Assembly: GCA_964584895.1 (NCBI GenBank)
Contig: CAZPAW010000001.1
Coordinates: 37,936 to 101,935, forward strand
Source: an uncultured Candidatus Saccharibacteria bacterium
GTDB lineage: Bacteria > Patescibacteriota > Saccharimonadia > Saccharimonadales > JAGQNJ01
DNA length: 64,000 bases
Direction: 5' to 3'
In this document: positions 36,479-45,371 of the stretch, piece by piece
Layout: every line of letters begins with the position of its first letter
Numbering within the stretch: the first letter of the stretch is position 1
Made by a program: the position numbers and the translations under genes
The notes under the pieces: generated by a model
Databases searched by the model: none
Seen by the model: the letters and a program-made list of their open reading frames with translations, nothing else
What the model was told of the DNA's origin: nothing

Positions 36479-36516
36479 AAAACCTTGCGCTAATTCAATA
36501 ATGCGCAAGGTTTTTT
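36479..36516 (+). terminator. Rho-independent terminator
   Basis: AACCTTGCGC-12 nt-GCGCAAGG-TTTTTT. Confidence 0.8.
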
Positions 36517-36518
36517 AT

Positions 36519-36550
36519 TCAGCTAATTTTCAGCTAATTTCCCATATAAT
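36519..36550 (+). promoter_or_regulatory. Perfect tandem 11-bp direct repeat (TCAGCTAATTT x2) replacing the -35 element, followed by TATAAT; leaderless start of the response-regulator gene
   Basis: Repeats at 36519-36529 and 36530-36540; TATAAT at 36545-36550; ATG at 36557. Confidence 0.6.
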
Positions 36551-36556
36551 AGTCGC

Positions 36557-37234
36557 ATGCGATTATTAGTAGTAGAGGATAAAGAAAAATTAGCCTTGGC
36601 TCTACAAAAGGGTCTAAAACAAGAAAACTATGCTGTTGATGTGTATTATGACGGTATCGAAGGACTTAATATGGCTAAAACTATCAAATATGACCTGATG
36701 ATTTTAGATCGCATGCTTCCTAGCCTCTCAGGCATTGAAATAGTTAAAGAGATTAGATCTAAAAAGATTCAAACCCCAGTTATATTTTTAACCGCAAAGG
36801 ACACAATAACAGATAGAGTAGAAGGACTTGATGTTGGAGCTGATGATTATTTAGTAAAGCCATTTTCTTTTGATGAGTTATTAGCTCGCGTTAGAGCACT
36901 TCTTCGACGACCACAAAATTCAAAATCAAATATTTTAAGATACAAGGATTTGACTCTTGACGTAAAAACTTTCAAGGTTATTCGTCAAAACAAAGTAATT
37001 GAATTAACGAATAAAGAATTTGCTCTACTAGAATACTTAATGAGAAATCCAGAAAAACCTCACAGCAAGGATCAAATTATTGAACATGTATGGAGCTTTG
37101 ATTCTGAAATTCTACCGAATAATGTCGAAGTTTTTATCGGTTATCTGCGTAATAAAATTGATAAACCCTTCCCTGATGAGCCGGCATTAATACATACTAA
37201 AAGAGGCTTTGGATACGTGCTAGGAGAATATTAA
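36557..37234 (+). CDS. OmpR/PhoB-family response regulator
   Basis: Receiver domain (LLVVEDKEK...DLMILDRMLP) plus a winged-helix Trans_reg_C domain. Confidence 0.92.
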   Translation: MRLLVVEDKEKLALALQKGLKQENYAVDVYYDGIEGLNMAKTIKYDLMILDRMLPSLSGIEIVKEIRSKKIQTPVIFLTAKDTITDRVEGLDVGADDYLVKPFSFDELLARVRALLRRPQNSKSNILRYKDLTLDVKTFKVIRQNKVIELTNKEFALLEYLMRNPEKPHSKDQIIEHVWSFDSEILPNNVEVFIGYLRNKIDKPFPDEPALIHTKRGFGYVLGEY

Positions 37235-38245
37235 ATGTTTAAGTCGGCGGTAATAAAATTAACCCTGCTATATTTGGCGATTATCACAGTAATCTGTTTG
37301 TATTTTAGTCTCAATCTATATGACATTTCGACAAAAGAGTTAGAACGAGGGCTTCGTGTTCAACAAAAACAACTAAGCAAAAAAAGACAAAGACCAATTA
37401 CTAATGAAAGAGACCAAATTGAAAAGGAGTTAGAAGAAGTATTAAGTCTAGGGCAAGCGCGAATTGTCTCGAGACTAATAATTGCAAACGTTGCAATTTT
37501 AGCTATCGGCGGATTAGGCAGTTATCTATTAGCAAAGAAAACGCTTGGCCCTATCGAGAAGGCACACGAAGCCCAAAAAAGATTTACAGCAGATGCAAGT
37601 CACGAACTCAGAACGCCTCTAGCAACAATGCAAACAGAGATTGAAATAGCCCTTAGAGACAAAAACTTGTCACTACCACAGTCAAAGAAAATATTAACTA
37701 GTAATCTTGAAGAATTACAAGATTTAACTCAATTAGCCAACTCTCTATTAAGACTAGCGCGTCATGAAAATATATTACAATTGCAACCAACCAATCTTAA
37801 TAAGGTTATAAAAACTGCTGAAAAACGAATAAAACGACAATATTTGAATATGGATAAGAATTTTAAAGTACATCATAATTACGCCACTAATATATTTGTA
37901 CAAGGAGAACAAGATAATTTAGTTAACTTGTTTATCATACTGTTCGATAACGCTATCAAGTATTGTGCTGAATCTGTGGAAATCAATATCGACGCAAAAG
38001 TACATAGACACTCTGTAGAAGTGTATGTAGCCGACAACGGCTCTGGGATTAAGCAACACGATCTTCCTTATATCTTTGAACGATTTTACCAAGGTGATTC
38101 ATCAAGAAAAAAAGCAAACTCAGGTGGACACGGATTAGGGTTATCGATCGCCAAACAAATTGTCGATTTGCACCACGGTAGTATTTCTGCCAATTCAGAA
38201 ATCGGCAAAGGTACGACATTTAAGATTAAACTTCCTGTAAACTGA
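37235..38245 (+). CDS. Sensor histidine kinase (HisKA + HATPase_c)
   Basis: H-box FTADASHELRTPL; N, G1 and G2 boxes (DNAIKY, DNGSGI, GHGLGLSI). Confidence 0.92.
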   Translation: MFKSAVIKLTLLYLAIITVICLYFSLNLYDISTKELERGLRVQQKQLSKKRQRPITNERDQIEKELEEVLSLGQARIVSRLIIANVAILAIGGLGSYLLAKKTLGPIEKAHEAQKRFTADASHELRTPLATMQTEIEIALRDKNLSLPQSKKILTSNLEELQDLTQLANSLLRLARHENILQLQPTNLNKVIKTAEKRIKRQYLNMDKNFKVHHNYATNIFVQGEQDNLVNLFIILFDNAIKYCAESVEINIDAKVHRHSVEVYVADNGSGIKQHDLPYIFERFYQGDSSRKKANSGGHGLGLSIAKQIVDLHHGSISANSEIGKGTTFKIKLPVN

Positions 38246-38263
38246 ATTGATTAAAAGCTTGGT

Positions 38264-38647
38264 CTATTTTTTCTTTTCTAGTTTGTCCAAACGAAGCCAC
38301 CTATACACGGAATAAATAATGATTGCGGTAATTACAAAGTTGATTAATACAAATACAAATTGTCCCCACGCAAAAACTGCATTATTACTACCAATAGTTA
38401 ACGTAAACTTTTGAGCACTTAGATTTGCGCCACTGCCAAGCATAAGGCCAAGCAAAGGATTAATAAAACTAGCGTTTAAGGTATCGACAAGTACTTTGGC
38501 TTGCGTACCGATAATAAAACCTATAGCTAGACCGACCACACCTTGTGTGCGTAAAAACTCAACAAATCCGCTAAACTCAGCCTTGCTTTTAGCTCGAGCC
38601 TTAGACGCAACTGATCTTCTGGGCTTTTTAGGTTTAACGTTATTCAT
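38264..38647 (-). CDS. mscL: Large-conductance mechanosensitive channel
   Basis: FVEFLRTQGVVGLAIGFIIGTQAKVLVDTLNASFINPLLG. Confidence 0.88.
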   Translation of the reverse strand: MNNVKPKKPRRSVASKARAKSKAEFSGFVEFLRTQGVVGLAIGFIIGTQAKVLVDTLNASFINPLLGLMLGSGANLSAQKFTLTIGSNNAVFAWGQFVFVLINFVITAIIIYSVYRWLRLDKLEKKK

Positions 38648-38651
38648 CGTT

Positions 38652-39077
38652 CTATTGCCAAACAGCTAATATTGCACCCATAATCCCAAGTGCAACCACA
38701 TCTCCTCCTAGCGTTAGCACCGAATAACCTAGAGGACGCATCTCAAACTGAGCCATCATTAATTTATTAGTAGCCAAAATACCAACGGCAACCATAATCC
38801 CCAACGAAGCACCCTGTAACGCTGTCGATAGATCTAAAACCATCACCAATACACCAAGCGCAACTGCCGAGACTAGTGTTGCGATGAATGATAATCCCAT
38901 TGTTTTTGGCATATTAGCTTTTGCGGTATCCTTACGGGTTAAGCCAACCATCTTCATCCACATCTTTCCAAAAACTGGTTCAGCATACCATACGGCACCT
39001 GACGCAAAGGCAGCCATTGATGCTACCACAACAGCTAACCAATTCAGCTCGTTAATATAATCTAGTAACACTTGCAT
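38652..39077 (-). CDS. DUF1761-like membrane protein
   Basis: NWLAVVVASMAAFASGAVWYAEPVFGKMWMKMVG. Confidence 0.6.
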   Translation of the reverse strand: MQVLLDYINELNWLAVVVASMAAFASGAVWYAEPVFGKMWMKMVGLTRKDTAKANMPKTMGLSFIATLVSAVALGVLVMVLDLSTALQGASLGIMVAVGILATNKLMMAQFEMRPLGYSVLTLGGDVVALGIMGAILAVWQ

Positions 39078-39120
39078 GTATTTTCCTCCATTAAATAATA
39101 GTTTAATTATACACCTAGCT

Positions 39121-40305
39121 CTACATTAGTCGTTCTAAAGCCAATGCAATTGCAGCCTCTTTTAGACTAAGTGATTTATCATTAGCGATTTTCATTGTAT
39201 TTTTTATTGCTGTTACCATATATATTTTTAATTTTTTGTTAACGGTTTCTTCGTCCCAATGATGATTCTGTAGATTTTGCACCCACTCTATATAACTAAC
39301 AATTACTCCTCCAGAATTTGCAATAATATCTGGGATTATAATCTTACCTTTGTCTAAAAGGTATGATTCAGCATCGGTGTTAATTGGACTATTTGCTAGT
39401 TCTAATAAAATATCAGATTTTATGTAAGATTTATTTGAATCATTGATGGCATCATCAAGAGCAGCAAGCACCAAAACGTCAACATCAAGGCTAAATATCT
39501 GGTCAACATTTAAAACACGGGCAAAACTACAATTTTGTAACTTATGTTGTTTCTTATAATCAATTAGTTTATCAACATCTAAACCATTATCATCGACAAC
39601 TGTCGCACTTGAGTCACTAACTGCTACCATCTGCCAGTTTGGATTATTAGCTGCGATTTTTGCAAAAAATGAACCGACATTACCAAAACCCTGTACTCCA
39701 ATTTTTAATTTATTAGAATTATTAGTCATTTTTAAGTACTCTTCTAGACAATAAATTCCACCCTGTCCCGTCGCCGCCTCTCTACCTAAACTACCGCCAT
39801 TAGCAAGACTTTTGCCCGTAAAGCTTGCTCTAGATTTATCGCCTGTAATTTCTGAAAATTCACTGACCATCCAATCTATTATCATAGAATTTGTATTCAC
39901 ATCAGGAGCCGGGATGTCTTTGTCTGGTCCAATATGTTGGTGTAAATTACGAACAAAATCTCTAGATATAGTTTCTAATTCTTCATTACTAAGTTCGCGA
40001 GGGTCTACTGCAATCCCCCCTTTCCCGCCGCCCAACGGTAAACCGACAGCAGCAGTTTTAAGCGACATCAATATTGATAAAGCATGCACCTCGTCCCTAT
40101 CGACAGAGTCATGGAATCTGATTCCGCCCTTATACGGTCCCAACTTGTTACTATGTTGCGATCTATAAGCTTTATATCTATTGTCTCCAAGTGCAACCTC
40201 AAACTCATGAATCGCATCTGCTTTAAGCAAATTATTAATTTCTGTCTCCGTTAGCCCTATCTTATTCGCGACCCTTCTGACTAGTTCGCTAGTGGTGTCT
40301 AACAT
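39121..40305 (-). CDS. Glu/Leu/Phe/Val-family amino-acid dehydrogenase
   Basis: KGGIRFH, LPLGGGKGG and the Rossmann motif GFGNVG. Confidence 0.88.
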   Translation of the reverse strand: MLDTTSELVRRVANKIGLTETEINNLLKADAIHEFEVALGDNRYKAYRSQHSNKLGPYKGGIRFHDSVDRDEVHALSILMSLKTAAVGLPLGGGKGGIAVDPRELSNEELETISRDFVRNLHQHIGPDKDIPAPDVNTNSMIIDWMVSEFSEITGDKSRASFTGKSLANGGSLGREAATGQGGIYCLEEYLKMTNNSNKLKIGVQGFGNVGSFFAKIAANNPNWQMVAVSDSSATVVDDNGLDVDKLIDYKKQHKLQNCSFARVLNVDQIFSLDVDVLVLAALDDAINDSNKSYIKSDILLELANSPINTDAESYLLDKGKIIIPDIIANSGGVIVSYIEWVQNLQNHHWDEETVNKKLKIYMVTAIKNTMKIANDKSLSLKEAAIALALERLM

Positions 40306-41972
40306 TACATTTCCTCGGGCGCTCTAATTTCTAAAATCGAAAGCCCATCTGCGAGCACCTTTTTATAACTACTAACAAGTTGGGTTCTAATATTCTCGCG
40401 ATCATTGCCAACTACTCGGTTTTTTTCATAAAAACGATTAAAGGCTTGAGCTAATTCGTAGAGGTATGTAGCGATATGGTGAGGCATTAAGTCTGCGACC
40501 GCTTTTTCAACTATCTCTGGATATTCACTAATTTTACAGGCCAAACTACGCTCCATTGATTCAAAATTGTATTCATCTATTTTTTGGATTTTTACTTTTG
40601 CTAGGATTGAACAAGCTCTAGCGTGGGCATACTGTAAATATGGTCCACTATTACCTTGCAAGCTAATAGATTCTTTTGGATCATAGATAACATCGCCACC
40701 GATTCTATATTTTAAAAACGCATACTTAACGGCTGCTAATACTACACTCTCATCAGCACTACGATTTGACTCTCTTAATGCCTCAGCCGTTACATCCAAA
40801 ACATCGCTTGCTTTTATTATGTTTCCTTTACGTGAACTCATTTTTATCCCACCAGCCAGCTTTACCTTGCCATGAGGAATATAGGTTGTTGCTTTTGCTA
40901 GATTTGGGGCAAACTGTTCTATCGCTTTAATTATTACAGCCATATATTGCTGTTGTTCGTTGTCCGTAACAATTACAGATCTATCAAAGTGATAATCTTC
41001 ATATTTTTGCAAAACTACGCCAATATCTTTGGCTTCATAAGTTGGCAATCCTTCAGAGTTAATAAAAACTCTGGTATGGAGATCATATTTTTCACCAGGA
41101 AAAATAATTGCACCATCAGATTCTTCAAAAACCCCCTTCGCAAGCTGCTCACGAACTTTAACTATTCCGATATTCGCAACTTCACTTTCAGGATAATATT
41201 TTTCCATTTTCGTACCAAGACGTTCATAGAATGCGTCAAAGGCCTCATAACTCCACTTTCGAGCTAACCAATAGATCTTTGCAAAATCAGTCTCATGATC
41301 ATCGTCTTCATGAATTTTATAAACCCGTTTGTTAAGAGCTATCATCTCAGCCCTAATCTTATTATCGGTTTCAAAAATATTATTACCTTCTACGTAACAA
41401 TCAGCCAGCCACTGCGTCCGATCTTTTTCTGGGATATTATTGAGTTTTTCTGGATTCTCTCCACCAAGTTTACGCAAGATTACCCACATCGTAATTGCAA
41501 CATGCCTACCGACATCACCGCCAAAGTTTACACGGTGCACTTTAGCGCCTGCGGTTTCAAATAACGTCGCAATCCCATCCCCAACAACTGTCGTATATAC
41601 ATGACCGGCATGTAGTACTTTAAACGGATTCGGATCAGAGTATTCTGCTACAACCACTTCATCTTTGTAGGTCTGAGGTTTCATTGACGTAGCATCCTTG
41701 GCTAAATCAAAAATTGCTTTATCGGTCAGCCGAATATTAATAAAACCTGGCCCCGCAACGTCTACTTGATCAATAGTCTCGCTGTTTTTTATATTCTTGA
41801 TAATCTTTTCAGCAACTTCTCGGGGGTTTGCATTATTTTTTTTAGCGATTATTAGTGCAACATTACTTGCAAAATCTCCGAACTTTTCGTCTGAACGAGA
41901 CAATTCAATGTCAACGTCCAAATCAAATATTTTTTGGACTGCAATTTTTAATTCCTCTTTTATTGTCCGCAT
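40305..41972 (-). CDS. argS: Arginine--tRNA ligase
   Basis: 555 aa; the class I HIGH region has the variant LHAGHV; there is a C-terminal DALR-like anticodon-binding domain. Confidence 0.9.
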   Translation of the reverse strand: MRTIKEELKIAVQKIFDLDVDIELSRSDEKFGDFASNVALIIAKKNNANPREVAEKIIKNIKNSETIDQVDVAGPGFINIRLTDKAIFDLAKDATSMKPQTYKDEVVVAEYSDPNPFKVLHAGHVYTTVVGDGIATLFETAGAKVHRVNFGGDVGRHVAITMWVILRKLGGENPEKLNNIPEKDRTQWLADCYVEGNNIFETDNKIRAEMIALNKRVYKIHEDDDHETDFAKIYWLARKWSYEAFDAFYERLGTKMEKYYPESEVANIGIVKVREQLAKGVFEESDGAIIFPGEKYDLHTRVFINSEGLPTYEAKDIGVVLQKYEDYHFDRSVIVTDNEQQQYMAVIIKAIEQFAPNLAKATTYIPHGKVKLAGGIKMSSRKGNIIKASDVLDVTAEALRESNRSADESVVLAAVKYAFLKYRIGGDVIYDPKESISLQGNSGPYLQYAHARACSILAKVKIQKIDEYNFESMERSLACKISEYPEIVEKAVADLMPHHIATYLYELAQAFNRFYEKNRVVGNDRENIRTQLVSSYKKVLADGLSILEIRAPEEM

Positions 41973-41993
41973 AACAGATGTAAGTATATCAGA

Positions 41994-42677
41994 TTAAATC
42001 TTAGTTTCTCCGCTAAGCACGTGTGCCAATTGATAAATAATCGTATAGGTAACACTCAGGACCGCAAAAAATGTCAACGTAATTACATACGTTTCCATAT
42101 GAATGATTGGGTTAACAATGCGTTCTGAGATATCAAATAGTAGCCCAAAAGGATTAAACAATATATCCCATGTATTCCATCGCAAATATCTACCTAAATA
42201 GATAGCAAAACTAGAAGCTAAAAAGACTAATTGAATAATCATCCAGGATTGATGCCTTGTCATTCTTGGGCGTAGTTGTGAATGAACAATATATACACTT
42301 AGGTAGCCTAGAATTAACCCGTTAATAATAAAACTCATTACCATAGCAATATCAAATAATATAATCGTATCGCCAGAACTTTGTAGATGTATCAGGTCGG
42401 TAATCAAATAAAAACTATTTGGCAAAAATCCTAACCAGAAGGCAAATAATATGATGCTTTGCCATGATAAAAATGGATTCTTAAAGAGGCGAATTCTTAA
42501 TCCTAAGGCAAAAATCAACGGAACCCACGCTAACACCAAATTCCATGATAAAAACCAATAATTATAGTTACCCGCAACAATAATTCTAGCAACTAGCATA
42601 ATAATGCTGAGAAGCGATGAAATAAACAGAGTTACTAAAACTCGTGACGTAAATGGAATTCTGATTTTTTTGCTCAT
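41994..42677 (-). CDS. DUF1361-like polytopic membrane protein
   Basis: WFLSWNLVLAWVPLIFAL motif; about 6 TM helices. Confidence 0.6.
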   Translation of the reverse strand: MSKKIRIPFTSRVLVTLFISSLLSIIMLVARIIVAGNYNYWFLSWNLVLAWVPLIFALGLRIRLFKNPFLSWQSIILFAFWLGFLPNSFYLITDLIHLQSSGDTIILFDIAMVMSFIINGLILGYLSVYIVHSQLRPRMTRHQSWMIIQLVFLASSFAIYLGRYLRWNTWDILFNPFGLLFDISERIVNPIIHMETYVITLTFFAVLSVTYTIIYQLAHVLSGETKI

Positions 42678-42690
42678 AACTAGGTGTTAG

Positions 42691-42740
42691 TATACTCGTT
42701 TTTATTCTGAGTTACAGCGTACGCCTAAGTCGAGTATAAT
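42691..42740 (+). promoter_or_regulatory. Promoter of the lipid operon with an 8-bp inverted repeat (TATACTCG ... CGAGTATA) overlapping the TATAAT
   Basis: Inverted repeat at 42691-42698 and 42731-42738; TATAAT at 42735-42740; the second ATG at 42748 lies 7 nt downstream, implying a leaderless start. Confidence 0.5.
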
Positions 42741-43371
42741 GCTTTGTATGGATGAAATTATTGATAGCGTTGGCAATTCAGTCCGAACATTGATGCGAAA
42801 CCTGGCTAAATTAATAAATAAAATTAGTAATGGAAGAATAACCCCTGACTTCATAACCTACACGAGTCTTTTTGCTCACCTGCCAATTGCCTATTTAATC
42901 GCAATAGGTAATTTTATGTGGGCAGGAATCTTGCTTATAGTATTTGGGCTATTTGATGCTCTTGACGGCGAGCTTGCACGGCTACAAAAGGCCGACAGTC
43001 CACGCGGAATGGTTCTAGATGCCAGCACTGATCGAATCAAAGAAAGCCTATTATATATTGGGGTTGCCTATTTTTTTGTTCAGAATAATTTAGAAATTTT
43101 TGCGGTATGGGCTGTTGCCGTTTGTGCAGGGGCACTCCTAGTTAGTTACATCAAGGCTAAGGCAGAAACAGCTATAAAAGATAAAAACTTATCAGCTAAT
43201 CAAATCAACCGATTATTTAAAAGTGGCCTCATGCGATATGAAATCAGAATGTTAGTATTGATAATTGGCCTACTTTTTAATGTTTTACAGGGCACAGTAG
43301 TTATACTTGCAATAACCACTTGGTTCACTGCCCTATTAAGATTAGTAAAGATATTACCTAAGCTCAAATAG
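42739..43371 (+). CDS. CDP-alcohol phosphatidyltransferase family protein (likely start 42748)
   Basis: DALDGELAR...G...D...D signature (FDALDGELARLQK...GMVLDASTDRIKE). Confidence 0.85.
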   Translation: MLCMDEIIDSVGNSVRTLMRNLAKLINKISNGRITPDFITYTSLFAHLPIAYLIAIGNFMWAGILLIVFGLFDALDGELARLQKADSPRGMVLDASTDRIKESLLYIGVAYFFVQNNLEIFAVWAVAVCAGALLVSYIKAKAETAIKDKNLSANQINRLFKSGLMRYEIRMLVLIIGLLFNVLQGTVVILAITTWFTALLRLVKILPKLK

Positions 43372-43372
43372 T

Positions 43373-44038
43373 ATGTATAAAGTCGACCTACACACACACT
43401 CAACCGCTAGCCCCGATGGCGGAATTAGTATAGATCAGTACATACATATTATTGGGGAAGGACTCCTTGATTTTGTCGCTGTAACAGATCATAACACTAC
43501 AAAAAATGCGCGCGCACTAAAAGCAAGTTTAGGCGACAAAATAATTGTCGGCGAAGAAATTACCTGTAAAGAGGGTGAAATTATTGGTCTCTTTTTATCA
43601 GAAACAATAAAGCCAGGTTTACACGCCAATGAAGCTGCGAAGCAAATCAAAAAACAAGGTGGGTTAGTATACATCCCCCACCCTTTTGAAACTGTCAGAA
43701 AAGGTCTACCAGTCAGCGTTCTAGATTCAATCAAAGACTATATTGATATTGTAGAGGTATATAATGGCCGCGCACTTGTTCAAAACAAAGGTCCTGAAGC
43801 TAGCGTATGGGCCCGAGTTAATCAAAAAGTTACAGCAGCCAGTAGCGATGCTCACGGTCAAAAGGGACTTGCAACTGCATATTCATTACTAAAAAATGCA
43901 CCGACAGTATATAACCTAGTTGAACAATTAAATTTCGGACACATGAAAATGAACCGTCCTCCACTCAAAACTATGCTCTACCCAAAAGCCCATCGAATTA
44001 GACAAAAATTTTATAAACTACGGAATAAACGTTCATGA
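43373..44038 (+). CDS. PHP-domain metal-dependent phosphoesterase
   Basis: VDLHTHSTASPDG ... VTDHN ... IPHPF. Confidence 0.8.
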   Translation: MYKVDLHTHSTASPDGGISIDQYIHIIGEGLLDFVAVTDHNTTKNARALKASLGDKIIVGEEITCKEGEIIGLFLSETIKPGLHANEAAKQIKKQGGLVYIPHPFETVRKGLPVSVLDSIKDYIDIVEVYNGRALVQNKGPEASVWARVNQKVTAASSDAHGQKGLATAYSLLKNAPTVYNLVEQLNFGHMKMNRPPLKTMLYPKAHRIRQKFYKLRNKRS

Positions 44039-44583
44039 ATCAGTTATTGTTCGTGTTGTGGTTTTTCTTGCCAGCAGGTATTGCTAACGCTTCGCCAACT
44101 TGGGCAAATAAAATCCCCGGTATAAACAAGCTGAATACACCATTAGATTTTGGTAAGAGTATTAATAATAGACGCATTTTTGGTGATAACAAAAGATGGC
44201 GAGGCCTTATCTTTGGCACATTATTTGGTGCACTGACCGGTTATATACAGTTTTTAATATACCCAGAATTTATTCAAGAACTTGGGATAGCTTCATCTAA
44301 TCCAGCCATCACAATGACACTTCTTGGTGGCCTACTCGGCTTAGGCGCCCTACTTGGCGATGCGGTTGAAAGTTTTTTCAAACGCCGATCACAAGTAAAA
44401 CCTGGCGAAAGTTGGTTTCCTTATGATCAAATTGACTTTATTATCGGCGGTATTATCCTTACAATGCCAATCGTTATTTTATATTTAACAACCTACCTAC
44501 TCATTCTAATAGTTTGGTTTGGCCTTCACCTTATAGCCGGCTACATAGGATATCTTCTAAACCTAAAAGACAAACCGATCTAG
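44035..44583 (+). CDS. carS: CDP-archaeol synthase (CarS/DUF46) homologue
   Basis: PLDFGKSINNRRIFGDNKRWRG, GDAVESFFKRR and a C-terminal YLLNLKDKPI align with my recollection of archaeal CarS (PIDFGK..GKRILGDGKTWRG, GDL.GSFIKRR, YRLNLKEVPW). Confidence 0.75.
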   Translation: MNQLLFVLWFFLPAGIANASPTWANKIPGINKLNTPLDFGKSINNRRIFGDNKRWRGLIFGTLFGALTGYIQFLIYPEFIQELGIASSNPAITMTLLGGLLGLGALLGDAVESFFKRRSQVKPGESWFPYDQIDFIIGGIILTMPIVILYLTTYLLILIVWFGLHLIAGYIGYLLNLKDKPI

Positions 44584-44602
44584 GATCACTGATATAAAAT
44601 CA

Positions 44603-44631
44603 TTGACAATTTACTAAACATATGCTAATAT
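44603..44631 (+). promoter_or_regulatory. Promoter P5: TTGACA-atttactaaacatatgc-TAATAT, then N6-AAGACTaaatcGTCT
   Basis: Read directly. Confidence 0.7.
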
Positions 44632-44684
44632 GTGTTTAAGACTAAATCGTCTGGAATATTACAAAAACTAAAAAGGACAATAAA

Positions 44685-45116
44685 ATGAAACGACCGGAAC
44701 TGATAGAAATGCATGGCCATGAAGAAACAATAAGACGAGCTGATGACGGATTGCGTGTTGTTCTAGATAAACCTGAGTCTCCAGTTAATGCCCAACCGCA
44801 AAAATATGGTGAAACAACTCTCTATCAAGGAGGGGTAGTATCGAGCACAGACGACTCACCCGCTGTGAGAGCAAGAATAGAAGATCAAGGAGATAGAACT
44901 TTGACATATGCTGCCGTTAACAGTGGTGTGGGTAAATATGCTACAGAACATGAAACTGTAGGTACTACTGATGCTGTTGGATGGGCAAATGTAGATCGCC
45001 GACTTCCAGAAGGCGGAAGCTATAAACATGTTTTTGGTCCTGATTCAGCAGCAAAGGCAACAGCTTTGGTAACTAAACTTGCTGGCAAGAAAATTGATAA
45101 CAAACGTAATCAGTAA
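44685..45116 (+). CDS. Orphan protein (143 aa)
   Basis: ORF behind promoter P5; RBS AAAGGA. Confidence 0.6.
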   Translation: MKRPELIEMHGHEETIRRADDGLRVVLDKPESPVNAQPQKYGETTLYQGGVVSSTDDSPAVRARIEDQGDRTLTYAAVNSGVGKYATEHETVGTTDAVGWANVDRRLPEGGSYKHVFGPDSAAKATALVTKLAGKKIDNKRNQ

Positions 45117-45371
45117 CAAAAGCCCCAGCAACAGGTATCACTCATAAACTGGCTAGGCTAATTGCTGTATAACATTAATCGCTTTTTTGTAGATATCAGG
45201 TAAGGTCTCAAGTTGAACTTAGTAAGTTATCATTACCTAATTTATGACTTCTTCGTAACCTTCTGACATATTAGTTAGAATCACTTTTTGGTCTTTTTCA
45301 AGTGCTTCTCGCCTATGGTTTGTGAGCTCCGCAAGGCAATCTTTCACTGTTAAAGCCTTGCTCTAAAAATT

